In this document: one piece after another, positions 23,801 through 35,800 of the stretch
How positions within the stretch are numbered: the stretch's first letter is position 1
Layout of the letters: every line of letters begins with the position of its first letter
NCBI GenBank assembly: GCA_051362555.1
Contig: CM120640.1
Location: 868,001 to 932,000 of the forward strand
Length of the DNA: 64,000 bases
DNA from: Lingula anatina
Lineage: Eukaryota; Animalia; Brachiopoda
Direction: 5' to 3'
Position numbers and translations under genes: made by a program
The notes under the pieces: generated by a model
The model's database searches: none
What the model was told of the DNA's origin: nothing
The model's input: only the letters and a program-made list of their open reading frames with translations

Positions 23801-26796
23801 AGCATTAACGGTTCCCGAATTAGAGACAGTTTTCAGTTTCGGTATCTTATGGCCGCTACTCCTGTGAAAATGCACCGATTGACCCCAAATTCACGGAGAT
23901 GAAAGATGACCTGAAGGGTAACACTTTCCAATAATATTATTGGTTAAGTCTGTGTGGCGTCTGAATAACAGGGCAAAAAAAATTTTTTTCGTAAAAAATT
24001 TCATTTTTTTGAAAATTTTGACCCATTTGACCTTGAAGTAAAGGTCAAAGGTCAAATCCGAGGGTATATTTGAAATCTACACATATGACTTTTGGAAAGC
24101 CGTCTATAGAAATTTTTCCCGTAACTCCTTCTGTAGGGTAGATAATTAGCATTTAATTTTGCCATTTTTAGACAAGGGTGCATTGCAATGAGTGCCACAC
24201 CCAGACCCCAATACCGACAAAGCCCAAATTTTACGTGGAACGAGTTGAGATTATAGGTGACCTAAATCCATGAGATGGGTACGGGGGCCCTTACCGTCTA
24301 GGAGGAGAAGCGGTAACGGTAACATGGCGGCGGAGCCGGCGGAACGGACCGGACGGGACCGAAACCATGTGTACCGCCAGCGCTAACGCTGGTGGTAAAT
24401 TTTTTTGTTCAAATTTCAAAATAGTATCTCGAAATTTCGAGATAATTTTTTTTTCTACATATGGCACCAGTGGGCTTCCGTACATTTTCCTTTCACCACC
24501 AATATGTACTTTTTGATACAGCGTAACTCGAAAACCGTATGGAATACAAAAAAACCGAGACCACCTACAGTGTTGGGCTTTACATGCTCTACAAAATGCA
24601 AAAAAGAATGGGTCTCTAGCATTAACGGTTCCCGAATTAGAGACAGTTTTCAGTTTCGGTATCTTATGGCCGCTTCTCCTGTGAAAATGCACCGATTGAC
24701 CCCAAATTCACGGAGATGAAAGATGACCTGAAGGGTAACACTTTCCAATAATATTATTGGTTAAGTCTGTGTGGTGTCTGAATAACAGGGCAAAAAATTT
24801 TTTTTTCGTAAAAAATTTCATTTTTTTGAAAATTTTGGCCCATTTGACCTTGAAGTAAAGGTCAAAGGTCAAATCCGAGGGTATATTTGAAATCTACACA
24901 TATGACTTTTGGAAAGCCGTCTGTAGAAATTTTTCCCGTAACTCCTTCCGTAGGGTAGATAATTAGCATTTAATTTTGCCATTTTTGGACAAGGGTGCAT
25001 TGCAATGAGTGCCACACCCAGACCCCAATACCGACAAAGCCCAAATTTTACGTGGAACGAGTTGAGATTATAGGTGACCTAAATCCATGAGATGGGTATG
25101 GGGGGCCTTACCGTCTAGGAGGAGAAGCGGTAACGGTAGCCGTCCGGCGGAGCCGGCGGAGCCGGCGGAACGATCCGGACGAGACCGAAACCATGTGTAC
25201 CGCCAGCGCTAACGCTGGTGGTACAATTACTTAGGTATTATTTGATAATCTGCAACATTTACAGAATTTACTATGCAAGTCAAAATAAAACATATGCAGG
25301 CATGAAAACAAAGGGTCTTTAAAGATGTCTTTAAGGACTCTGTGTATACATTTACCTGAACATCTACAGGTAGAGCAAATACTCCACACTTACAACACTC
25401 TTCATACACAATGTTTGTCTGAGTGCAGTTTTCTTCCAAAGAATGTTTCACCTCTAATTTTGTTTGAGTAGCTTTGTCAGTTTTCTTAATATCCCTAAAC
25501 TGCACTTCTTCCACAGCCTGGGAAGAGCAGGGTATCAGACCGTCAGAGGAGACAGTGCTGCCATCTGGTGTAAAGCCCTCCACTTTGTGAATACACCCTG
25601 CTTCAAGACTTGCAAACTCAACAGAAGGGCCATTCTCTGATGAAGTGACCCCACAGTCCCCAGAAGAAGTCATGTCCTTGGTTGATGGTACATGTAACAT
25701 GCTTTGACCAGTGTCTACCTGAGGTGGCTCACCCTCACTGACCAACTGACCATTAAACAGGTGATTGTTTTCATTTGGTGTTAGCGCATCACTTCTGGTC
25801 AGTGTCACAGTCTGAGCAGAATCCCCCTGCACACATCTGCTGTCTTCTGTTTTTCCACTATTGGCAATACATTGCTCTACAGTACATGGGACACCACTTT
25901 CAATTACAGATGAAGACTTTTCAAAAATCTCAACAGGTTGTAAAGTTTCTTCTTCTGTAAATGAGTCATCAACTGAAGCCCTACCAGAGTTCTCTTCGTC
26001 TCTGAATGAGTTTTCTTCAACATCTCCTTTTGGATCTTTTCTGTCATCTTTTTCATCATAACCAATGCTGTTCATACTTGTGAACTGTCCACTGTTCTCT
26101 TCATGTAGAATGGAGGACACTCTGCCACCTGTTCCCTGGTGATATCCCTCCTTGGTTTGATTGGAGTCTTCAGGCTGCTCCTGGACCAGATCCTCAGCAG
26201 GACTCTCTACAAGATTTTAATCAGAATACTTAATTTGAATTTTGATTTTTAATTTACATCCCTAGTGTTTATTACCATATTATAGTAATATTACCACACA
26301 CATTGTCCTGACAGGCATTATTTCTACAAGGCTCAAATACTGATTTTATATTATCAAATTAACAAAGTACATTTACCAGTATGTAAGAATATAATTACTC
26401 AATGGCATTGCTGATATAACAAGGGTGGATCTAGAGATATTTTCTGACAGTCTTCCAAATTATCTTTGTTGATCCATCCTCCATTTTGACCATCTTCCAA
26501 CAGAAAACATACGATACACATCAATGTAAACTTGAAAATCTGACCGTCTTCTGGAAGACCCAGAAGACGGCCTAAATCCACCCCTGTTAATAGTATTCAG
26601 AAGCACCCTTATTGAACTAACCAGTTGGTAAGAAAACCCCAGAAGAATCCTGTAACTGATCTTTAGCCTGCTGCTTTGCTTGGTACTCCCAGTAAGACCT
26701 CTCTGCTGCCTCTGCAGTCTTCAGCCACTGTCTTCTCTCCACATACTTCAACATGCAGCTCACGGCCTCCCCCTCAGACCAACTTGGTGAAGTCAT
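14832..26796 (-). CDS. Uncharacterised multi-exon protein: acidic disordered N-terminal region, central coiled coil, Pro/basic C-terminus
   Basis: GT-AG exons with consistent phases: 26796-26622 (MTSPSWSEGEAVSCMLKYVERRQWLKTAEAAERSYWEY), 26206-25356, 21285-21133, 18668-18579, 18338-18292, 18128-18058, 17835-17757, 17357-17258, 17012-16926, 16736-16472, 16021-15865, a possible 16-nt exon near 15576-15591, 15426-15184, 14918-14832. Heptad-rich middle exons; AATAAA on - at ~14451-14456. The last exons are less certain and the family is not recognised. Confidence 0.7.
19008..20878 (-). mobile_element. Non-autonomous Helentron/HINE (DINE-1-like) element A with about five 146-bp tandem repeats
   Basis: Left end CTAG plus stem-loop GAGGCG-ATAC-CGCCTC plus subterminal repeat ATTGTACCACCAGC; right end hairpin GTACCGCCAGCG-TATA-CGCTGGCGGTAC; GGAGCCGGC-type microsatellite ~20775-20815; array 19407-20080; A/T-run flanks with no TSD. 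Confidence 0.8.
20925..21094. mobile_element. ~170-bp MITE (CAGGGG termini), copy 1
   Basis: TIR CAGGGGCAGAT...ATCTGCCCCTG; a homologous inverted copy lies at 26420-26586. No clean TSD. Confidence 0.65.
21625..23190. repeat. 146-bp satellite array with a 4-unit higher-order repeat
   Basis: GTCAAAGGTC recurs at 21771, 21917, 22063, 22209, 22355, 22501, 22647, 22793, 22939 and 23085; diagnostic variants recur at 584-bp spacing. Confidence 0.95.
23374..23665. mobile_element. MITE with 26-bp TIR and 6-bp TSD (IS3EU-like termini), nested in Helentron B
   Basis: TACGGAAGCCGACTGGTGCCATATGT...ACATATGGCACCAGTCGGCTTCCGTA; CATTTT on both sides (23368-23373, 23666-23671); interior of five ~48-50 bp units each containing the palindrome TATCTCGAAATTTCGAGATA. 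Confidence 0.8.
26420..26586. mobile_element. ~170-bp MITE, copy 2 (inverted relative to 20925-21094)
   Basis: Shares the reverse complement of GGATCAACAAAGATAATTTGGAAGACTGTCAGAAAATATCTC; termini CAAGGGTGGAT...ATCCACCCCTG. Confidence 0.65.
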
Positions 26797-28233
26797 GTCC
26801 TAAACACTGCACACAACTTGAATGAAGTTTTGTCAGCTGAGGTCATCCCCCTTGGCCTGTTGTGTTAAGCAATCAGGATACTATAGCACGTAAATTATAA
26901 TTTCAGAAGGTTGAATACTACCAGTAACTACATGCACACGTGCACTGTACATACCCCCACTGGTTTAAAAATTTATTATTTAATACGTTGCATATACCTT
27001 AGTTCAGCCCAGAAATGAAGGCAAGGGGCATGTGCGTTACCTTTTGATATAACAAGAAATGTGCTTGTAGCACTGTCCGTGAAGCAGAAAACGCACACAA
27101 TGCGTAAACACTTTATAAATACCGTAATAAGTACAGTCGTACTGTCTCAGCGAAGTTCCAAAAACATGGGCTAATGTTTCACATATAAACGAAGGCTGTC
27201 AGCTCAGTTGAGATAGGCTTACATAATCACAATTTCGTCTGAATAATTTCTTTTAACCTACTTCTTCTTTGGCATCGTCCGCTTCAAATCATGTGATGAT
27301 TTGCTTCCTGGTTTCTTTTTATTTCCTCCGCGATTGAAGAGTTCCAATGTAAGGCATCGGCTGGGGGAAGGTGTAGGCCTACATGTATCTCTGTAGATAT
27401 CATATATGTCATTGCGACATAAAAGAATAAGCAATAGTTAAGCTGCTTATCCAGTTAGATAACAGGCAACCAGTGCATGATGGTTTTCACATCAACTTTG
27501 CTTTTTATTTTCAATTTTCATTTATTTATTTTTACTGCACAAAATATTATTTTCCCAGCTAAATATCGTTGTGACCCATTCAAGCTATACTGCATGGTAT
27601 AGTTTCTAGTTTCTGAAATGCTGGCTTAATTACAGTCTGAGTCAGTCTCACGTGTTTGAAAATAAAGCTGTGAAAAACCGAAAAATTATTTGCCATTGTC
27701 CCAGTTAAATTACCCTGAATGTCATTTCTTTGTATGATTAAAATGAGGCACTTTTTTTCTCGAAAAATGAAGATTTTATCTGCAATGATGTGAATTTACA
27801 GTCATGCTGTATTTTGGTCAAATCCACAATGCACAAATTATATATTTATCATTTTATTGACCATAGCTGCATAGTGTATACCTGCAAAATGCATTTCGTC
27901 AACCCAAATCCTCAAACAACACAAATTTCTCATGGTTTGTTCTAGAGAAAAGCACTTAAAATTTTTACCCTTGCACACTAAAAGCATTTTGAAAGACATT
28001 TCCCACTCAGTGACAGTTAAAGTGAAACACCTGTTGTTACAAGTACCTTTTTAATGCATTGTATTGTGGAAATAAAATAGAACTATCATAGAACAAAAGA
28101 GGAACACTTGTGCTTTAATTTTTATTGCACTGGAGGATTAATCCAGAACATTGTTTGGTAGCAGAGCTAGGTTGAACTTTTTTAAAGAACAACAGAAGTT
28201 TTAAAAGGCACAGCAGTAGACAGACAGTCTAAA

Positions 28234-29889
28234 TTGACCATGAGTTTGAAAACAAAGAAGATGCTAGCCAGAACAGCCTTTGTTGCCGCAGCCAGTGAGT
28301 TTGAAAACTGGATAGAAAATATGCCTCAAAAGACAGAAAAAACTATAATCAGGCAGAAATTCAGAGAAATAACATTGGTTTTTGAACAGTATGTAATAAG
28401 CTGTGATGAACTACTTTACCAGCTGGACAGGTGGGGAGAAGTAGATAAAATTGCAGCCACTACTGCTGAATTAGAAGCGACAGAGGAGCGTTACAGAGAT
28501 CTGGAAAAGATCATGAATGACCTCATGTTAACCAGGTCAACCCCTAGTCCTAAGCAGACGCCTAAGGTCAGTAAGAACTTGAGTAAAGAAGAATCAGCTA
28601 TAAAAGAAGAAATTCATCGACTGACAGTTGAATTAGAAGAAACTTTTGCTGCAGTAAAGCAGGAGATAGAAGACATAGAGCATGAAATAAGCCCTATTAA
28701 CCCTTTACCTCCCAGAACAATACCCAGAACAATTAAACAGCAAATAGAGGGAATGGAGCATGAGGTTAACCCTGTTAACCCTATGCCGACCAGAACAGAA
28801 AAATGTCAGAATCAGATAGAAAAGGATCAGATTGATAAAGTCATTAACCCTTTGCCAAGTGTAGAGCCAAAGGGAGCCCAAGCCGAAGCACAGCCTGTGC
28901 ATGTTATGCATGAAACAGACCCAGAAATTGAGTTAGAGATGGAACAGAAGAAAAGAGTACCACAAAAGCAGTATCAGCCTGTGTCATCTACGCCATTCAG
29001 ACAGGACATGTCTTCAGTGAGACCAGTCAAAAGTGAGCTGAGACCTACAGCCCCAATTTTCCAACCCAGAAATATCCAGGACTCGAGCACAGTGGAGTCG
29101 GTCAGTTTTGATTCGTCAAGGCTTCTAGAAAGGGTACATATTCCAAAGTTTAATGGCGATAAGAAAACGTACGAGGGCTGGAAAGCAGCATTCCTTTCAT
29201 GTGTGGACCGCACTACCTGCACTCCAGAGTACAAGCTCCTACGATTACACAACAGCCTTCAAGGTGAAGCATTAAAAGTTGTCGAGAACTTGGGTTATTC
29301 AGCTACAGCCTATAACGTAGCAATGGACAGATTAGAAAGAAAGTATGGTGGAAAACGAAGACAAATCACCTTGAGATTAGAAGAATTGGACAGATTCAGA
29401 CAAGTCCGAGACAACCACCCTAGAGACATAGAACTGTTAGCTGAGCTGGTGGACTCAATAGTAGTGAACATAATGGAAGCTGGACAGAAGAGTGAGCTAG
29501 GAGGTGGTTCCCTCTATATCAACATCCAACGCAAGCTAGATGAAGCATTATTGACCAAGTACTACCGATGGGTGAATGAAAAACGATGTGAGGAGAGTGT
29601 GCTGAGTCTACAAGAATTCATAAATCAGGAAGCAGAGTTCCAAATGACCGCATCTGAGACAATTAAAGGTCTCTCTACATTAAAACAGAAAACTACCGAC
29701 AAAGAGAAGAGAGGGACAACTCTCTTACTGTCCGAAAGAGAATCGACCCCCAAAAGAGAAAAGAAAAAGATGTTGAAGTGTGTGCACTGTGGTGGTGTAC
29801 ATGGCCTATGGGCGTGTAATAGCTTCCGACAAGTGGATGTCAAATCAAGGTGGGATATCGCAATGAAGAACAAGCTGTGTTTCAGATGT
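28234..29889 (+). pseudogene. gag of the outer BEL/Pao element (5' part, cut by the nested insertion)
   Basis: IPKFNGD..YEGWKAAF (DUF1759-type gag) and CVHCGGVHGLWAC knuckle; KLCFRC continues after the insertion as LGVGHFGNNC..CGINNCRSYHHRLLH at 36343 onward. Confidence 0.9.
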
Positions 29890-32800
29890 TGTTGCGGGTG
29901 TCAGTCCAATTTTATTCAATTGTCAACGATATATAACATCAACTGGTAACAAATGGTACTGTTTATTGTCTAACATCAACTTATGTCAACTTACATCAAC
30001 TTTCATAAACTTTCAACTGGAAACAACTGGTAACAACTTTCATCTGAATCAACGTGAAACTCGTTGCGAGAATCTGACTTGTCTAACAAACACGTGCCCG
30101 CAAAAACTAAATACTATCAACACCGATACTACAATTAAGGTCAAGACACTACTAAAAATAGCTACTTGTCAGTTACATGGCTCCCTTAAATTGTGAATCC
30201 CACAATTTACTTAAACTATAATTAAATATCAAAACTCTAACACAAATCCAAAACTTAACATCCATTACCATACAACAGTCATACATATATCAAAACAATT
30301 TTGTGAACTTAACTTTACCTTCTCTATTAAACAACTTTAAAACTCAATAACCATTACCATATGTATATAAGCATTATGCATCAAAGTTTATGAGCAATTT
30401 CTGAACATAACACAACATTGTAAGCATATCTATCTCTCTCACACATATGTCAACCTGCCATTCACATGAAAACAAACCCTTTCCTTTTAAACAAAATGTG
30501 AAAAACAGTCTTAATTTTAAAGATTCTATACATTTAACAGTCCATAACACTGAAATTAATCCAGTCCAGTGTTTATACAATGCACCAGTCTAAACATAAA
30601 AAGTTCACTCAAGTCAACCGATGGCTCCTTGACGGGGATTCCCCTTAAAATTACAGTTGCACACTATAATGATTGTTCAGTTATTGCGCTTCCTCTAACA
30701 AGCACAGTTTATGTATTGGTCGCATCAATATAGAATTCCTAGTCTTAATCTGAACTGTGCGAACAAGTCCATCCTTTCCTGGGTAAGTATTTATCACTCT
30801 AGCAATTGGCCACACATTTCTAGGAACATCTTCATCAATCACTAACACAATATCACCAATATTCAAATTTCGCTTTGGCTCCAACCACTTTTGACGACTT
30901 TGCAAGGTAGGTAAGTATTCTTTTATCCACCTGCACCAGAAAATGTTTGCCAAATACTGAACCTGCCTCCATCTGCGTTTGCTATATGTGTCTGTCTTGT
31001 CAAAATCACCTGGTGGGAGCACAGACCCAGAACGTAACAATAACAAGTGGTTTGGGGTCAACGCTTCCAAATCATTGGGATCACTGGACACCGGTGTCAA
31101 CGGACGCCCATTCACAATTGCTTCCACAATACACATTAAAGTGACAAGATTCTCATCATCTAAAACCTGTTCTGTCACAACACCTCTTAATACCTTTCTA
31201 ACAGTTCTGATGGATCTTTCCCATACACCACCCATATGTGAAGCACTAGGTGGGTTAAAATGCCAATCTATGTGGTTCTGGTGTAAATAATCATGTATCT
31301 TACTCTGATTCCATTCTGTGACAGCTGCCTTCAATTCACGCTCTGCACCAACAAAGTTAGTTCCATTGTCTGAAAATATTTTCTTGGGTTTTCCACGTCT
31401 ACTGATGAAACGTTGCAGGGCATTAATAAATGATGAAGTATCTAGTGATTGTGCTATTTCAATATGCACTGCTCTTGATGCTAAACATGAAAATAAACAC
31501 CCATACCTCTTAACCTCTGACCTTCCACGTTTAATCAAAAATGGACCAAAATAGTCCACACCCACATAAGTAAAACATGGTTCATTGGGTGTTACTCTAG
31601 CTGCTGGCAAATCAGCCATTCTTTGCTGACATGGTAACGCATTGTTTCGCTTACATTTGACACACTTGCTGATCACTCTGCGAATGGATTTCCTCGCTCC
31701 TATAATCCAATACTTCTGTCTCAATTCAGAAAGCACATATTCCCGTCCACTATGTCCTAAGGCTTTGTGTTGCTCGTCAATAATCAAATCTACAACATGG
31801 TGCTGAGGTAAAATCACTGGATTTTTTATCCCTTCTGAAATAGCTGAATTGTTCAATCTACCACCAACTACTAACACACCTGAAGAATGCATCACTGGTG
31901 CAAGCCTAAACAACTTACTTGCACGTTTAACACCACTCTGACTGTTCGCAGCTCGATTAATTTCTGAGAGCTCTTTCCCAAAGTGTTGCCCTTGGATATA
32001 CCTCAAGATTTCTAACTCTGCCTTTTCTGTTTCTTCCACTGAAAGTGGACCTGTGGGTACATTCACCTTTTCTTTTCTATGTCTTGCTATTAACCACTGT
32101 TTGAAGCGTAGTATCACAGCAACATCTTTCTTCAGCTTTTTCCATGAAGATCGGCGTTTTAGAATCTTATCTATCACTGATTCTTGTACTGACTCACTTC
32201 TTTGTGCTAGACATGTCTTGGGTCTCTTTAACTCTTTATCTTCATCTGACACTCCCTTAATATCTGGAGTTTCTGGCCAGTGGCACTCACTCTGCTTAAG
32301 AAATTCTGGTCCTTCAATCCATCTGATACTGTTAACCATTTCATGGGCAGTGAGTCCCCTTGTGCAATCGTCAGCTGGGTTCCTCTTTGAATCAATGTAG
32401 TGCCACTGTGACGGAATTGAACCTTCTCTGATGACAGAGACTCTGTTTTCAACGTATGTTTGAAATCGCTTATCTTCACTTCGAATGTAACTCAAAGTAC
32501 ACGTGCTGTCTGTCCAAAACATTGAACTGTCCACAGGAAAAGTGAGTTCCTGTCGTATCATGTAATCTAATCTGACTGCCATAGTAGCTGCTGTAAGCTC
32601 AAGGCGCGGAATCGTAAGCTGCTTGATCGGTGCCAACCGAGCCTTTGACATCAACAATGAAGTATGAATCTGACCTGAGATGTCTTGTACACGGAGGTAA
32701 CTTACAACACCATATGCCATGGTAGAGGCATCAGAAAAATGGTGTAACTGAATGCTGGCAATGTTCTCAGGCTGTACTGGCTGTACACATCTTGGTATTT

Positions 32801-35800
32801 TCATTTCTTTCATCTTGGGCAAGCTGTTCTTCCAACTTGACCACTCTACCTGGGTTTTATAAGGCACAGTTTCATCCCAACCTATCTTATCACGTGTTAA
32901 ATCTTGTAACATCTTCTTGGCACTGATAGTGAAGGGAGAAATAAAGCCCAGGGGATCATAAATAGAACTGATGACACTTAAAAGGCCTCTCTTGGTCAAT
33001 GGTTTCTTCTCAAGATCCATTTTATATGTGAAGCTGTCCACTTCAATGTCCCAGCAAACACCAAGAGCACGTTCTGTTGGCAAGGCCTGTAAATTCAAAT
33101 CAAGATTCTTAATAGGCTTGGCTTTGTCTTTGTCTGGTATCTTGGATAACACTTCTCTGCTGTTGCTAATCCACTTCGTCAGGTGGAAACCTCCCGTTTG
33201 CAGCAGACTCTGTAATTGACTGACCATGGTGATTGCCTCTGTTTCACTCATTACTGACTTTAAACAGTCATCTACATAGAAATTCTGTAAAACAGTATTG
33301 ACTACTTCTGTGTCGTAATGACCTTTGTTGTCTTCTGCTGTACGTTGCAATGCAAAATTACAGCAACTGGGACTCCATTTGCCACCGAACAAATGTACTG
33401 TCATTCGATAAACTTTCTGTTCTCCTTCCAGATCCCCTTTAGGCCACCATAGAAAACGAAGAGAATCTCTCTGCACTTCTGGTACCTTCACTTGATGATA
33501 CATGGCTTCTATGTCAGACATGATGGCTATAGGGTGCTGTCTAAAGCGTAACAATACACCTAATAAAGAATTCACAATGTCTGGCCCCTGTAAAACTTGA
33601 CTATTCAATGAGACACCCTGTTGGCTAGCTTTACAGTCAAATACTACCCTTACTTTGTCTGGTTTTTTGAGGTTCACAACATTATGGTGGGGTAGGTACC
33701 ATACACTGCCGTCTTCTTTGTCAACTTCATCAGGGCTGACTTGTTCTGCATAACCTTTGTCAATTAAGTCCTCCATGAATTCTGTGTACGCTTGATGTAA
33801 GTTAGGATCATGTGACAATTTTCGCTTTAAGCTGTCTAGGCGTTGCTCTGCCATCTGCTTGTTTGGCGGAAAATGAGGCTGCCTGTCTTTAAATGGTATC
33901 GGTAAACTGTAATGCTCGTCATGTTGAATCTTATCTTCCCATAAAGCGAGGACCCGCTTGTCTTCAACTGATAAACCCTTTTTATCAGATATCAATGTTC
34001 CATGGCCTTCTATTTTCCAAAACTGTTCCAATTGCTCATTCAGCTCACGATCTGCCTGAATAAATGTTGCCGTGGCAACATGTCTACGCTTGCCACCAAG
34101 CGGTCCATTTAATGTCCAGCCCAACACAGTTTTTGTCGCATATGGCTCATTTGGACTTTGACCTCTCTTCACATCAATAGGCATAAGCACCTCTGGATTG
34201 TCTTGTCCAATTATTATGCTCACCTTGGCATTCATGTGATCTATTTCAGGAAAATTCACATCTTGTAAGTGACTCCACTTTCTGATGTCCTCTGCACGAC
34301 CCATGTTTTCCATGTTTACAGGTAATGATGGTCTTGTATACACAACTGGCAAATCAATCACATTTTTGTCTTCTAAATCAGAAATCTGTAAACTGATCAC
34401 TACAGTCTCTGAGACACTTTGTTCCTTTTCTAAGGTCGTAAGCTTTAACACTGTATTTTCACCCTGTGCACCAATAGACTGCTTCAACTCTTCTGAGCAA
34501 AAAGTACTGGTGGATCCCGAGTCTAGCAACGCATAGGTGTGCACAAACTGTGATTTTCCTGGAACTTTCACTTTCACTGGTACTATTGGCAAGGCGATTC
34601 GCATACCACTTTCCTTTCTGGTCCCATGAGCTCCATACGAAACTTCATTTACAGCACTGAGAGAAGTGTTTAGCCCTGTCTGAATGTGAGATAAATCTTC
34701 ATGAACTGGTTCCCTTGTAACAGTTGGCTTCACCTGGTGCAAGAATTTAGTGTGTTTTTGATTGCACCCTTGCACTGAGCACGTACGTTGTAATCTACAC
34801 ATCTCGGAGAAATGTCCTGGCTTTAAACAGTTGTAACACAGTTTGTTGTCATTGGCAAATTTGAGTCTCTCAGGCAATTTCATGGCTTTGAATTCTGTAC
34901 ACCCAAATAATGAATGACTGCTGCCACACTTAATGCATGGTGACTGAATAGATTTTCTTGTGTCACCATAAGGCTGTGAACTGGTGTCACCATTAGGCTG
35001 TGAACTGGTAGCTGTAATACTGTAACTCCATCGGTTGTTGGGTCGCCTCTGTGAATCACTGCGACTGTCACTCCTTTTCACATGTGCTAGGCCACCATAC
35101 ACTGGATCATTTGCTATTTCTGCATTTTCAACAACAAATGCAGTGACATCTTTAATATCTGGGCACCTTTCTTCCTTTCTTATCTTACGTACTTCTTGTT
35201 TCCATTTGTGCTGCAAATAACCAGGGAGACGTTCAATGATTTTGACCAGTGAGCTTTGTGTGCTCAACTCTGAGGAATTTCCCATTGCTTCGAGCGTTTC
35301 AGCACATGTTCTTAACTCGTCGGCATAATCCCTCAATTTTGTAACATCATTTGCCTTTATGGCTGGGCCTGTCGTGATTTTCTTAACCCATGTCTCTGTA
35401 ATAGTGTAGGCTGAACCAAATCTTTCCTTAAGCAATGCTTTAGCCTTTTTATATCCATCTTCAGGGTTCATTACAGCACAACACTGAATTACACCATGAG
35501 CTTTTCCACTGGTATAATGAAGCAAACGAATTAATCTTGCGCCGCTGTCCACAGTTTCTTTCTCCACACTATTTTCAAAAGTTTTGATAAAATTCCAATA
35601 CTGAAGAGGATCTCCGTCAAATTTGTCTATTTCAACTTTAGGAATTTGTATAGAGTTCACTAAATGATGAATCACATCATGACTACTCTGGTTTTGAGTC
35701 AAGTTGGTGGAATTTACCTGAATGTCCAGTTTCGTAGATGAAATTGGGGCACTGGTCTCCATCTCAGCTTCAGCATACGCAGTTTCCTCTGCTAACAATT

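Larger units (their letters stand above)
21409..25227 (-). mobile_element. Non-autonomous Helentron/HINE element B with a ~10.7-copy 146-bp array, a nested MITE and a duplicated terminus
   Basis: Same termini as element A (CTAGAGGATCAGAGAGGCGATACCGCCTC...ATTGTACCACCAGC / GCTGGTGGTACAAT at 25214-25227); array 21625-23190; ~817-bp tandem duplication 23580-24397 / 24398-25223. Confidence 0.85.

Noticed and set aside
19768-24719. Short ORFs in the Helentron elements (e.g. 23588-23902, 24405-24719)
   Set aside because: Chance frames in repeat DNA, duplicated only because the DNA is duplicated; no Rep/helicase motifs.
25227-26120. Stand-alone 297-aa gene
   Set aside because: Bounded by an acceptor (26206) and a donor (25356); it is an internal exon of the minus-strand gene.
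29966-30196. 76-aa ORF repeated at 36126
   Set aside because: It lies in the two LTRs of the inner BEL element; no coding signature.
30178-30680. env-like gene in the BEL 3' region
   Set aside because: Only ~500 bp, AT-rich, with no substantial ORF; the same applies to 40455-40712.
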